A stretch of DNA of 64,000 bases from Octopus vulgaris (GCA_951406725.2 OX597816.1:8928001-8992000); one strand, 5' to 3'. Counted from the first letter of the stretch, positions 26,557-40,626 are shown. Made by a program: numbers and translations. The notes: a model not told the origin generated them from the sequence alone.

Positions 26557-28582
26557 CCTTTCTTCTATAGATACAAGGGTTGAAAGTTTAAAGTGGAGGG
26601 CTAGCCGATTACAAAGATGATTACAAAAATCTTATATGAATCCTCAGGGGTCACATGGACCCTAGTTGAGAGCCACTGCAATAGAGCAAGACTGTTAATC
26701 CCCAGTCAACTAAACCTGTGGCACAGTTCCAAATTTCAGTTATATCCATAGATATTGGTTTCATATTTTAGTGCGAGGCCAACAATTTCGGGGGAATAGG
26801 TAAGTTGCTTGCATCAACCCCAGTACTCAACTGGTACTTAATTTATCGGCATTGAAAGGGTGAAAGCCAAAGTCGACCTCAGCAGAATTGAATTCATGCC
26901 TCAAAGTATTTTGTCTGGCATGCTAATGATTCTTACTTCTTTATTGCCCACAAGGGGCTAAACATAGAGGGGACAATGAAGGACAGACAAAGGGATTAAG
27001 TCGATTACATCGACCCCAGTGCATAACTGGTACTTTATTTATCGACCCCGAAAGGATGAAAGGCAAAGTTGACCTCGGCAGAATTTGAACTCAGAACGTA
27101 ATGGCAGACAAAATGCCGCTAAGCATTTCGCCCGGCATGCTAATGATTCTGCCAGCTTGCCACCTTGGTTTCAAATTTTGGTACAAGGACTAAAATTTCA
27201 TGGAGGGGGCTAAGATCATTAGATTGACCCCAGTGCTCAACTGGTACTTGTTTTATTGACCCTGAAAGGATGTAAAGCAAAGTTAACCTTGGTAGAATTC
27301 GAAATCAGAGCATAAAGATGGACAAAATGCCGTTGGACATTTGACCGGCATGCTAACAATTCTGCTCACTCACTGCCCTAAGAACACAACTATATCTACA
27401 AATAATCTTTTCTTCTGGAGGCACAAGGCCTCAAATTCGGGAGAAGGGATTAAGTTGATTACATCGACCCCAGTGCATAACTGGTACTTATTTAATTGAC
27501 CCTGAAAGGATGAGAGGCAAAGTCGACCTTGGCAGAATTTGAACTTAGAATGTAGTAGCAGATGAAATACTGCTAAGCATTTCGCCTGGCATGCTAACGA
27601 TTCTGCCATCTTGCTGCCTTCATTATATCTATAAATCATCATCATCATCATCATCGTTTAACGTCCGTTTTCCGCACTAGCATGGGTTGGACGGTTCGAC
27701 CAGGGTCTGGGAAGCCGGGGGCTGCACCAGGCTCCAATCTGATCTGGCAGAGTTGCTACAGCTGGATGCCCTTCCTAATGCCAACCACTCCATGAGTGTA
27801 GTGGGTGCTTTTTACATGCCACCTGCACAGGTGCCAGGGGGGTCCAGCATCGGCCACGATCGGTTGGTGCTTTTAACGTGCCACCGGCACGGAAGCCAGC
27901 CAAGGCGGCGCTGGCATCGGCCACGTTCGGATGGTGCTTTTTATGTGCCACCGGCACTGGAGCCAGTCAAGGCAGCACTGGCATCGGCCACGTTTGGATT
28001 ATATCTATAAATAATAACATGAAAAATATGCGTAGAATTTATATCCATGTGAGATATTTGCACTTGTCGGGTGCTTCACACATTTCCCTAAAATGCTGTA
28101 GAAAGGAAAAAAAATAGCAGGAATTCGAATTTCTGAACAAATAACAATAATAGTTTATTTTCACCGAAATAAACATTTCATCTCTGGACATTCGGTAGGA
28201 AGCAGCAGAGTCGGTTTAAATCACCATTGTTGAAAAAATTCTTCACAGCCTGCCAAGTCTGGTTCGCCTCCGCTCGGAGCTTTGTCTGGTCACGCCTGAA
28301 TTCATTGACAGCCAAGAGTTAAGAGACCGAATAGCGGAAAACCCTAACTGCTGCTGATTACTGCGCATGTGCATAAGGGGACTTCTGGCAGGCCTACTGG
28401 AATACACTAAACATTGTACATGTGCAGATGAACATCCCAAAATAGCGTCTAAAACCTGGCGTCACTACACTTGTCTCCAGCAGATGTAGGTTTGTTTCCC
28501 ATCAGCAGCCTCCAACTTTTTCTATTCAAAAAGATTTTTCAACAAATATTTACAAGCTATCATAGCTTTATTAACCCATTAA

Positions 28583-28802
28583 CCCTTTAGTGTTCAGATT
28601 ATTCTGTCAAATGTGATGTTTGTTTATTTATATTGTTTTGAATTAATCATGCATTATCTTGTAGTTTAGAGATTTCAGTGATGTGATTTTTTAGTTTTAG
28701 AATGACATGGTAGGGCTGAGGTGAGAGGCAAGATCTGGTCAGTTTCAATATAAAACAGGTTAAATATTTTGGCCGGATATGGCCGGTTTGAATGCTAAAG
28801 GG
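28583..28802. mobile_element. piggyBac-type MITE, second family (another copy at 56486-56685)
   Basis: TTAA TSD, CCCTTTAG/CTAAAGGG ends. Confidence 0.78.
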
Positions 28803-29959
28803 TTAAGTCCCAGAGTACATAAATTTCTGAATATTACTTCTAAATTTTCACAGATGATTGAAAATAGGTTAAAAGGAAAAAAAGAAAAAATCAATTATTA
28901 AAACTCCTTTACTTCAAGTAGAAATGAAAAGACATGGTGTCCTATAAATAGGACACTGGGACCATGTGATGTATTCATAAATTCATAAATCCTTTGTATG
29001 TTACCTAACTGTGTCCTATTTGTATTAAATTTTATATAAAAAATGGTTTATGCTTTTGAAAGAATACATTGAAATAATACACTGAAATACAAAAAATAAT
29101 ACAAAAAATCCGAAAATACAGGCATAGGAGTGGCTGTGTGGTAAGTAGCTTGCTTACGAACCACATGGTTCTGGGTTCAGTCCCTCTGCATGGCACCTTG
29201 GGCAAGTGTCTTCTACTATACCCTCGGGCCGACCAAAGCTTTGTGAGTGGATTTGGTAGACGGAAACTGAAAGATGCCCGTCGTATATATATATATATAT
29301 ATGTGTGTGTGAATATGTTTGCGTGTCTGTGTTTGTCCCCCAACATCGCTTGACAACCGATGCTGGTGTGTTTACATCCTCGTAACTTAGCAGTTAGGCA
29401 AAAGAGACTGATAGAATAAGTACTAGGCTTACAAAGAATAAGTCCTGGGGTCGATTTGCTCGACTAAAGGCGGTGCTCCAGCATGGCCACAATCAAATGA
29501 CTGAAACCAGTAAAAGAGTAACTGTTAGCAGTAAATAGCTTTAGATATGAAACGCATAAATGTCTCTTGAAATCAAGTAGATCTTTTATTTCACCCTTTC
29601 CGTCATGGATCAGTTTGTAAATAGTTCATACATTTATAAGTTATATTAATAAGTCTAGTCAACAATGACCTGAACCAATTTTTACCTCTAACTGAGGTTG
29701 CATATTTTGATACTAACCAGTTCGGGTTTGTGAACCCCACCCATGCAATTGTTATGTGTGCTCAAAACATGAAGCTGAGTCACATTGATTTTGCCTTTTA
29801 TGTCTTTCCTCCAGTGTTGTACATTGCAAATTGGTTCGACTGAATCTTAATTAGTCCCAATTGTCAAACATTTATTGTCAAACCACCTAACTCAGTCAAA
29901 ACCGTCCAACCCATGCTAGCATGGAAAACGGACGTTAAATGGTGATGATGATGATGATC

Positions 29960-30290
29960 CCCAGGTGCCCCACAACTTGTCAAAAGTGCGTGTAAAGCAT
30001 ATGCAGTAATGTACAAATGTCTGGAAAGTGAACAGTGTATGAGTCAGATACATGCTTGTGTGTGTATGGAGGGGAGAACACCAGGTGTAGTGTTGGCGAA
30101 TCTCAGGAAGCATGGAAGTTTTGAAGGATGCAGTGCTCCGACAACTAACAACTGATGCCGGCAGTTTGTTTCATGCTTCAGCAACTCTTAGCATGAACAA
30201 ATGTTTCTGAAAGTCATGGGAGCTGTGTTGTTTTCTGACGTTGTTAACATGTCCACGGGTGTTAGACAGATGGAGTTTGAAAAGGTGTGT
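29960..30290 (-). mobile_element. CR1-like LINE 3' end (other copies at 60720-61000 - and 22870-23010 +)
   Basis: SNTRGH..RKQHS..F-LRVAEAWNKLPASVV..SFK C-terminal motif. Confidence 0.72.
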
Positions 30291-31677
30291 TACATTTCTG
30301 CAGTGGTTGACTTTGCCTTTCATCCTTTCAGGGTAGATAGACTCAATATAATCAACTGACTCCCAACTCACCCAAAACTTCAGGCGTTTTGCCAATAGAC
30401 AAAAGGATTATTCATGGCTTTGTCTGCTTCAAGATCTACTGTTCAAAAAACAAAAGAATTATCTCACATTCTCTCAGAGGTTTATAATATTCTTATGATG
30501 TCAACAATATCTGTTAATTTATTTTTGTTTTAATTATCTCACTAATTACTCTTAAGAAAGGCATAAATATTTCTTATCTGAAACATTAATGTGTTATACC
30601 AACCAGGAAAAGACAATGACAAGCCACTCCAGTTGGACTGCACCAAGAAAAATTAAATATGAAAGTTAAGTTGATCTGAAAATATATTTTAATAAATAGA
30701 AAATATTCTGTTATCATTGCTATTTGTATCTAGAAAACATTCACTGACTGTTATGGCGAGAGTCATTGACACCCCTGTGTGATTGGAAGAATGGCCTAGC
30801 TGAACTCTTGTAGAGAGTAGCATATTGGTTGAGATGAGAGAACAGTGGTAGGAGTTGTTGAGAGTTTGTAACAGTTGTAGGAAGTCACTGAGATTGTTGG
30901 GTGTTTGTATTTATTGGAGTATCGGGTTTAGTGGAGTAATTTGAATCATGTCGTGTGAAGACAGTTGTGTCTATCCCCGCTTTGTGAAACCTGTATATCA
31001 AACACATAGAAGGATATAAAACTAATGGCAGGATGCCCTTCCTAACTGTAGATCTGGCAGAGTTTCTACAGTTATGAAGGGCATCCAGCTGTAGAAACTC
31101 TGCCAGATCAGATTGGAGCCTGGTGCAGCCATCTGGTTCGCCAGCCCTCTGTCAAAATCGTCCAACCCATGCTAGCATGGAAAGCGGACGTTAAGCGATG
31201 ATGATGATGATGAATGAAATTAGTTTATTTTTATCTGAGGATTACTAATATGTTCTTAATAAGGTTTCTGATTTTGACACAAAGCCAGTAATTATGTGGG
31301 GAGAGGTCGTAGTTTATGCCACCAGCCCCAGTGGCTTAATGGTTAGGGTGTTTGGTTTCTGATCATAAGATTGTGAGTTTGAATCCCAGTAGTATGTTGT
31401 GTCCTTGAGCAAGGTACTTCATTTCACTTTGCTCCAGTCCACTCAGCTGGCAAAAATGAATAATACCTGGAGTTCAAAGGGGCCAGTGTTGTCACATTCT
31501 GTATCATGCTGAACCTCCCTGGGAACTATATTCTCTGTGGTGGGGTGCTCATTGAGGATCTCCCTTCCCAGTTATGCGGGTTCAGGTTCAGTCCCACCGT
31601 ATGGCACATTGGGGAAGTGATATCTACTATGGACTCAGGCTGATCAAAGCCTTGGTAGATGGAAAATAATAAAAACT

Positions 31678-31727
<50 letters not shown>

Positions 31728-32023
31728 CAAGGTCGTTGCCAGTGCTGCTGGACTGGCTCCTGTGCAGTAGGTGGAATGTAGAAAACACTATTTGGACATA
31801 GCCATTGCCAGTACCACCAGACTGGCCCTCATGCCAGTGGCACATAAAAAGCACCCACTACACTCTCGGAGTGGTTGGCGTTAGGAAGGGCATCCAGCTG
31901 TAGAAGCTCTGCGAGATCAAGATTGGGGCCTGGTGCAACCATCTGGCTCACCAGAACTCAGTCAAATCGTCCAACCCATGCTAGCATGGAAAGCAGATGT
32001 TAAATGATGATGATGATGAGATG

Positions 32024-32062
<39 letters not shown>

Positions 32063-32133
32063 TAGCGTCGTATTTATTACGTTCGCTATTTTCCAGTAAA
32101 TATCGGTACTTCGTTGTGCCATTTATTTACTTT

Positions 32134-32178
<45 letters not shown>

Positions 32179-33062
32179 TCATCATCATCATCATCATCAT
32201 TTAACGTCCGCTTTCCATGCTAGCATGGGTTGGACGGTTCAACTGGTGTCTGGGGAGCCCGAAGGCTGCACCAGGCCAGTCAGATCTGGCAGTGTTTCTA
32301 CAGCTGGATGCCCTTCCTAACGCCAACCACTCCAAGAGTGTAGTGGGTGATTTTATGTGCCACCGACACAGGTGCCAGACAAGGCTGGCAGACGACCACG
32401 CTCGGATGGTGTTTTTTTTATGTGCCACTGACACAGGTGCCAGACGAGGCTGTGTGTTTTCCTTTGTCTAGATGTCATGTGGTGATTGAAAATAAGCATC
32501 ACTGTCACATAAACATTGTTGTTTGTTTCTACAAAAAGCTTGTTTGCTCATACAGAAATATTCCTTGTTTGAAAACAGGTAATAATAGTTGGTTGTCGGC
32601 AGGGAAAGCATTTGGCCATAGAGAAATCTGCCTCACTAAAACCCATACAACCCATGCAAACATTGGAAAAGCAGACATTAAATTATGATGATGATGATGT
32701 AATCATTTGGTTAATGCAAATATATACTGAGATGTAATACTAATTTTGTAATCAGTGATGGTCAATTAAATCAAGCAAGAACAGGTGAGAGAGATGAGAG
32801 ACTATCATATGGGGGCAGGCAACATGACCCACATATACTTGTGATAGCTCTGCCTAAAGTTGAATTCATTCACCTTTTGCTCAGAAGTTCTAGAACCTTC
32901 TATAGACCATTTGGTAATAAGATTTCAGCTCACCAATTGATCTAATTGGTTGAGTATGCAGCCTAAGTCTGAAGCTGGGAAATGTGATGCTTCAAAACAC
33001 AGACATCTTACAAAAAAGTCAGACAAATGAATTGAGTTCATGGCTCACAGGATGGTTGCTGT

Positions 33063-33500
33063 GCTTACCTTGGATTGTAGGGTGACCTGCTGTGCTTGAG
33101 GAGACCTATTGAGTCAAGTACATCACCATCAACATCAAAATAAAAATCAAATGGAAATTGTAGTTGTGATAACCGTGCCGGTGGTATGTAAAAAACTCCA
33201 TCTGAATGTGGTGGATGCCAGCACCACCTTGATTGGCCTCCGTGCCGGTGGCATGTAAAAAGCACCAACTGATCGTGGCTGTTGCCAGTCTCCTCTGGCC
33301 CCTGCGCCGGTGGCATGTAAAAAGCACCCACTACACTCATGGAGTGGTTGGCATTAGGAAGGGCATCCAGCTGTAGAAACACTGCCAGACCAGACCAGAC
33401 TGGAGCCTGGTGCAGCCTCCTAGCTTCCCAAACCCCGGTCGAACCATCCAACCCATGCTAGCATGGAAAACGAATGTTAAACGATGATGATGATGATGAT
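33063..33500 (+). mobile_element. Family C SINE/non-autonomous RTE-type element with (GAT)n tail, representative; at least 16 copies (e.g. 4183-4640 -, 27636-27995 -, 40858-41203 +, 49395-49762 +, 51298-51620 -, 52885-53232 +, 54497-54848 +)
   Basis: GGCGTTAGGAAGGGCATCCAGC block, CCATGCTAGCATGG palindrome, (GAT)n tail, variable number of roughly 60-bp units at the 5' side. Confidence 0.85.
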
Positions 33501-34599
33501 AATGATTTGGCAAGTTGTTATGTTGGTGAACGATAGAAATAGGTGAAGGTGTTAAACTGCTGCTGTAGATAGTTCAGAATAACAAATGATTCACTTTCTA
33601 CCAAGTAGAGTAGGATTGGGGAGAGTATAAGAGAGATAAGAGGGGGTGCCTGAAGTCTACAAGGACATTGACTTCATTGAGAGATAGATGTGATCGTCAT
33701 GGCAGGACAACAGATACTCAAATATCTGCTGGTAATTGAAAGAGTTCATAAAATGGTTTGTGACAATAGATGACCCGAGAGGAATAATACGAGATCTTGA
33801 GCCAGGGTAATTACAAGTCTTCATTGCTGATGACCAGGTGAGAGAAATGACAGGTGCAATCAGTGGATTCTATATAAGTTTAGATATCACCTTTCGGGTG
33901 AAATTTTGAAACTGTATCATGTCTGATAGAGATAGGATAATAATAGGAGTAGAAAAATCTGTGATTGAAGATCATCATCATCATCATCATCATCAAGATA
34001 TTTAACAATTTTTCATAAACCCAAGTCAAGTGTTGTCTTGTAGATCTTTACCATTTATAACGACTGACTTCTTTGTTCATAATTTACTCACTTTTTTATA
34101 TGTATTGAAATTTTTTAATTCATCAACATCATCATCGTTTAACGTCCGTTCTCCATGCTAGCATGGGTTGGACGGTTCGACCGGAGTCTGGGAAGCCAGG
34201 AGGCTGCACCAGGCTCCAGTCTGATCTGGCAGAGTTTCTACAGCTGGATGCCCTTCCTAACACCAACCACTCTGTGAGTGTAGTAGGTGCTTTTTACGTG
34301 CCAGGCGAGGCTGGCAATGGCCACGATCGGTTGGTGCTTTTTACTTGCCACCGGCACGGAGGCCAGTCAAGGCGGTGCTGGCAACGGCCACTTTCAGATG
34401 GATCTTTTTACATGTCACCGGCACTGGTATCACAACTACAATTTCCATTGATTTTATTATTATGAATTATTGAAGACTAATCTCAAAACACTGAGTCTTA
34501 TGAAGGAGACGACAGAGGAATGAGATCTGTGGTGTATTGCTGTTGTTGAGAAGACTTGCCCACCACAACAGAAATGATATCGCAAAACTAACATACTAT

Positions 34600-34965
34600 G
34601 TAAAAAGCACTGATGTTGGTGCTGGTGCTACATGAAAAGCAATGGTGCTGGTGCCATATAAAAAGCAGTGGTGATAGTACCACATAAAGGCACTGGTGAT
34701 AGTACCACCTATAAGTTACTAGTGATAGTGTCACCTAAAAAGCACCGGTGCTGGTGCCATGTAAAAGGTGTTACATAAAAAGCAGTGGTAATAGTACCAA
34801 GTAAAAGGCACTGGTGATAGAGCCACCTAAAAGGCACTGGTGATGGTGTCACATAGAAAGCAGTGGTAATAGTACCAAGTAAAAGGCACTGGTATGGTGT
34901 CACATAAAAAGCAGTGGTGATAGTGCCATCTAAAAGACACAGGTGCTGGTGTAACATGAAAATCA
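34600..34965. repeat. Degenerate minisatellite of about 23 bp (AAAAGCACTGGTGATAGTGCCAC) at the 5' side of a family C element
   Basis: More than ten imperfect units leading into the GGCACTAGAAAGGGC block. Confidence 0.75.
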
Positions 34966-37141
34966 CTCAGTACACTCTGTAAAGTGGTTGGCACTAGAAA
35001 GGGCTTCAAGTGGTAGAAACCAAGCCCAAAACAGACTCTGGAAACTGGTGCAGCCCTGGCATTATCAGCTCCTGTCAAACCATTCAACCCATGCCAGCAT
35101 GGAAAATGGAAGTTGATATGATAATGAGAAAAATGCATATCATTCTGTTATCAAATATGTTATTACTAAAGTGATACTCATTATATGGACTTTGGAAGAA
35201 TACTTTTACCACCCTTGGATTGATATCAGGAAACATTGTGTGCATAATCTAACTTTTATCAAATCTCTTGGTACTTATAAAAAAAAAGCACTAAAATGAA
35301 TACTGATATTCAAAAGAAAAATGCTTTTTACCTTAAAATAAAATTAAATAAAGCAAATTTCTCATTTGTATAACTTCTCCCATAATTACTCTGGTATTTA
35401 CTCTTTCTTCTCTTTGTCTGTCTCTATCGCTTTTTCTCTTTCAATGTGTGTGTATGCGTGTGAAGGGCATTCTCTTACTCATTGCCTGCCACCAAGCTTA
35501 GTATAGAACTCTCTTACTTATGTTAACTCTGCCTGTATCTCTTTTTTATTCTCTCTCCCTCTCTATATGATATAAAATCTGACTAGAGAAATCAACTAAC
35601 CAACCAACCAGCTATTATTATCCTTTAGCTGTTTCAATCATCAGACTATGGCCATGCTGGGGCATCACCTTGAAGAATTTTAGTTGAACCAATCAACCCC
35701 AGTACTTAATTTTTAAACCTGGTACTTATTCAAGAGGTCCCTCGTGCCAAACAGGGATGTAAACACACCAACACCAGTTGTTAAGCAGTGGTGAGGAAAA
35801 ACATAGACACACGCACATATATATGATGGGCTTCTTTGGTTGGCCCAAAGCTATAATAGAAAATACTTGCTCAAGGTGGGATTGAACCTAGAACCATGTG
35901 GCTGGGAAGCAAACAGTGTTAGGAACATAAATTGTGACTAAGGTTTAGTGGAAGATTTTAATTTAGAACCTATGAAAACAAGACATTTGTACTACAGAGC
36001 CAGAGGTGGTTTCAGCCGGGTTAGCACACTGGGCGAAATGCTTAACGGTATTTCGTCTGTCTTTATATTCTGAGTTCCAATTCCACCAAGGTCAACTTTG
36101 TCTTTCATCCTTTCAGGGTTGAAAAATTAGATACCAGTTGTGTGCTGGGGTCGATCTAATGGACTGGCCCCCCCCTCCCCAAAATTTCAGACCTTTTGCC
36201 TTGAGTAGAAAAGTACCAGAACTATTTACCATTTTTACAGAATAAGGTGACCATAACTGATAGATGCAAATAAGTAAATGCTTAATTTCATTTGCTCTCA
36301 CATTGAATATTAATTAAAACAAACCTAGAGTGTTTCAACAAAAATATGGTAATGGAAGGGTTAAATATAATCTCATGCACTATTTTGAATTAAATAAAGT
36401 TGGATTTTGATAAATTTAGGTGGATTAAGATTATCATATTTCTATTTAATCTTTTCCTGCTTTTAATAAGCTGGAAGATCCCTAATTCTATTGTTTTATT
36501 GAGATGGTGTTGGTGAAGGATCAACTAGATAGATATAGGAATTAAATAAATGATAATTGATCTACAAAAGTTGGGTGGAGATTAAAAAGAAAAAGTAATA
36601 GAAAAAAAGGGGAAAAAAACGAAATAATGTCATAAGAATCTAGGAAGATAATTTGTTTTTTATGAGTTTATGTTTTCTTGAAGTTTCTACATTCTTATGA
36701 TGTCAACAACAGACAGTTATTGGTGGTAAGAAGAAAATTTCTAAAGCACAGAGAAATTTGAAGGGATGCTTTGAGCCAATGGTAGAACATCTCTCATGTT
36801 TACAAGAGATATGGGGGCAAGGCCTACTGGCAACCTTTAAATTCTTTTCTATCCAAAAGGGGTTCTATAACCTGATATATACATGCTGTTATTTATAGCC
36901 TTATCTACTTCAAGTTCAAATATCAAAAGCAAATTATTTATCCTTTAACTTGTTCCAGTCACTTGCCTGTGGCCATGCTGGAGCACCGCTTTAAAGAACT
37001 TTTTTGTTGAATGAATTGACACCAGGACTTATTTTTTTCAAACCTGGTATTTATTCTATTGGTCTCTTTTGTTGAACTGCTAGGTTACTGGGATGTAAAC
37101 ACACCAACAGTGGCAGTGGTGGAGACAAACACAACCACCTC

Positions 37142-37178
<37 letters not shown>

Positions 37179-37629
37179 GGCGCAGGAGTGGCTGTGCAGT
37201 AAATAGCTTGCTTACCAACCACATGGTTCTGGGTTCAGTCCCACTGCATGGAATCTTGAGCAAGTGTCTTCTACTTGGGCTGATCAAAGCCTTGTGAGTG
37301 GGTTTGGTAGACAGAAACTGAAAGAAGCCCGTCATATATATGTATATATATATATGTATATGTCTGTGTGTGTTTGTCCCCCAACATCGCTTTGCGTCCC
37401 CGTAATTTAGCGGTTCGGCAAAAGAAACTGATAGAATAAGTACTAGGCTTACAAAGAATAAGTCCTAGGGTCGATTTGCTCAACTAAAGGCAGTGCTCTA
37501 GCATGGCTGCAGTCAAATGACTGAAACAAGTAAAAGAGTAAATATATGGAACACTTAGCCATTAACAGAACGAGAACAGTGAAAAAGTTTTCAATGAAAA
37601 ATACTGCAATACAAATGTATTACTTTCTA

Positions 37630-37667
<38 letters not shown>

Positions 37668-37979
37668 GGTTTCTGTCCATTTCTGTCTACCAAATTTACT
37701 CACAAGTCTTTGGTCAGGCCAAGGCTATAGTAAAAGACACTTGTCCAAGGTGCCATGCAGTGGGACTGAACCCAGAACCATGTGGTTGAGAAGCAAGCTC
37801 TTCTTACTACACACCTAAGGAAATAATAATCTTTTTAAAAATAGATTTTAAGTATAATTTCAACATTTATATAAGTAGTTTTGGGATATATTTTTTATGT
37901 TTTTTTTTTTCAGAATTTGTTTAAAAAAGAAAATAGTTTAACAATGATGTTGAAGAAAAAATACCAAAAGAAATCTTAC

Positions 37980-38040
37980 CTGATGAGGACAAGATTGCAA
38001 TAAAAGCAAGAATGATATGTTTTGGTAAGATTCTTGACAT
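37980..38040 (-). CDS. First coding exon (signal peptide) of a secreted C-type lectin-like protein: MSRILPKHIILAFIAILSSS-G
   Basis: ACCATG start context; basic n-region, hydrophobic core and small residues; ends at CAG|GTAAGA donor in phase 1 and joins in frame to 25945. Plausible acceptor TTTCACAG at 38102 implies an upstream non-coding exon. Confidence 0.75.
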
Positions 38041-39463
38041 GGTAATTCTTGGGAATTAATTAAAGTTTTGGTTTCAGCTTCTGTTTTTCTCAAATGAAAT
38101 GCTGTGAAATCAACCTTATTAATTATACTCATGTTAATCAATTCTGACATTGAATATCAATAATCATTAAAATCTGTTCTTTACATGAATGGATTGATTT
38201 GAAGACAATGAAGAGATTTCATGTTAGGAGGAAATCAATTGAAACAGATGGCAAATATTCTCCTGTGTGTGTTTTTTTGTTTTGTTTCATTTTTTCCATT
38301 TTGATACTTAACTAGTGTGAATGTTTCAATCCAGCAGCTTTATTCTCTGTTTGATTAAGAATGGTGAGGAAGTAGAGCAAAATTTCTTTATAAGTTATAA
38401 AGAAAAAAATCATTGGTGTCTTTGGCTTTTTGTTTAATTTGGTGTTAATTTATATCCTCCTTCTAGGATTATGTAAGATTATAACTATTTCAGAAGTGAA
38501 ATTCAACACTGCCATCTTCCTTTATTATTTAATCAAATATATGAAGATAGATTAGACAGTTTCAAAGATAATTCTCAATGGTATTGATTCTCATACTAAA
38601 ACCGTTGAAAAATAGCTCATAAAATACAGTTTTTGTACACTAAATCCTTCAGTCAACAACCATTGTTCATGAACATCATATCAATACTTTCATGGACACC
38701 GTTTCAAATAAATTTGTACTTGTTGTCTGCAAATCAATCTGTATGGTTTATTGATAAAAAAATGTTTCTCTTGATAGGTGCAGGAGAAACTGTGTGGTTA
38801 AGAAGTTTAGTTTGCAACCAAGTGGATCTAAGTTCGATCCCACTATGCAGCACCTTGGGCAAGTGTCTTCCACTGTAGTTCCAGTGAATTTGATTAATGC
38901 AAACTGTATAGAAGCAAATGCCACTGACTGATGCCATTGTTGCCAACCGATTCCAGTGCTGCCAGTGGATTCCAGTGTTGCTAACTGATGCCAGTGCCAC
39001 TGACTGATGCCAGTGCTGCTAACCGATGCTAGTGCCACCAACTGAGGCCAGTGCCGCCTGACTAGCACCCATGCTGGTGGAATGTAAAAAGCACTATTCG
39101 GGCATGGTCAATGCCAGTGCTGCCTCACTGGCTCCTGTGCCAGTGGCATGTAAAAAACACCACTACACTCTCGAAGTGGTTAGCATTAGGAAGGGCATCC
39201 AGCTGTAGAAACCTTGCCAAATCAGATTGGAGCCTGGTGCAGCCTCCCGGCTTGCTAGTTCTCAGTCAAACCGTCCAGCCCATGCCAGCAAGGAAATTGG
39301 ACGTTAAATGAACACAATGATGATGATGCATACATATAACATTAATTCTTGTCCCATTCTCAATCACAATTGCCCGACGAATGAGAACGTGAAACTCTGA
39401 GTAGCAGTTTTTTGTGAATTTTTGCAGCTTTAATAATTAAGTATATATATGGTCCGGCATTCA

Positions 39464-39648
39464 CCATGATAGATCGCTAGCCACTAAACCTTTTTCTATT
39501 TTCTCTCCCTATTTATTTCTCTGTTCCTTTCTGTTGAAGAGCATAGGCTCGAATATAAAAGACTTTCTCACTTCCTGAGCATTAATCTAATACATCTGTT
39601 TATTGTTTATACACCCATGTTTGTCTTTTGTTTTTTTGTAAATTCTCA

Positions 39649-39650
<2 letters not shown>
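39464..39650 (+). mobile_element. Second copy of the same Penelope-like pLTR fragment, variant hammerhead (CUGUUGA) at 39527-39561
   Basis: Alignable by eye to the reverse complement of 9581-9780. Confidence 0.55.
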
Positions 39651-39661
<11 letters not shown>

Positions 39662-39685
<24 letters not shown>

Positions 39686-40362
39686 AAATCCATTCTGTCT
39701 GTCTGTCTGTGTGTCTTCTAGGATCTCAGGCATCCACCATCCAATTGCGCTCAAATTTGATATGTAGATATTGACGGTATTAGGGCGTGTATAAGTCTTC
39801 AAAAAATTTCAAAAATCGATTCCAGCTGAGAATGAGATCGATAAAGCTATGGGAACGTGCATTTGTATGCGCAAGTACATCAGCTGTTGTGATCGATACT
39901 ATGCGTATGTGAGAAAAATGCATGTGCAGTTTGTGCAAAAAAATAAAAAATCATCATGCTTTTCCATCTAGATTTACCTCCAGCTAACCCATATGCATGC
40001 ATCGTTTTTGTCCTGCTTTTCTTCCGTCAGCCTGTGCATAACTGCACCTTCCATTTTTTCTTGTTTTGTACTGCTTAAAGGTACGTTTCTTTCCTGCCAA
40101 GCTTACGGTTTAAACCACATTTGTGTTCTCCCAGTCAACAGCCTTATCATTACTGGTACTTTAAACTCTTCGGTTGCATATTTCTTTGGAATAGAAAAAA
40201 AGTCTATCATTATTTCTTCTTTTGCTGGTGTCTCAAATTTAGGTTAAATCAGTGTTTCTCAAAGGGAAGGCCTATGGGACGGTCGGACAAGTTGTTTTAA
40301 GAAAATTTGGTTTAAATGTTTGACAACTCAGCACCGTCCATTCATCGGAGGGCGTTTTGTTC
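39662..40362 (+). mobile_element. Helitron-like element (related truncated copy at 8165-8460)
   Basis: TCTATATA..TAAAA start followed by (GTCT)n; about 170 bp shared with 8165-8335; 3' end degenerate. Confidence 0.6.
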
Positions 40363-40401
<39 letters not shown>

Positions 40402-40483
40402 ACAATTGCAGTGTGGAAGGTGCTTATAAGCTATTTAAGAAACACACAAAAACCGTTAGATTCACTTCAACATTTGAATTTAA

Positions 40484-40534
40484 TTTGCCAAAATATTTTC
40501 ATCGCTTTGAGACTGTGACTTGTTCACTGACAAA
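40484..40534 (-). ncRNA. Hammerhead-like motif with G3:C8 swapped core (GUGAACA)
   Basis: UUUGUCA-GUGAACA-[imperfect stem II]-GAAA-AUAU-UU-UGGCAAA; 7-bp stem I; palindromic AAUAUU helix III. Confidence 0.55.
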
Positions 40535-40592
40535 ACTCTGTGCTGCACACGATCTCAGATCAGGTCACTTGTTATGCAAGTACATCTCCGTA

Positions 40593-40626
<34 letters not shown>

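Noticed and set aside
30748-31006. Solo LTR (TGT..ACA)
   Set aside because: No matching TSD and no second copy in the window.
32720-33960. LINE endonuclease/RT remnant on the minus strand
   Set aside because: Only vague motif echoes; too decayed to support by eye.
37938-38150. ORF-track 70-aa protein MSELINMS...
   Set aside because: Wrong frame; the signal-peptide frame starting at 38040 splices in frame to the CTLD exons.
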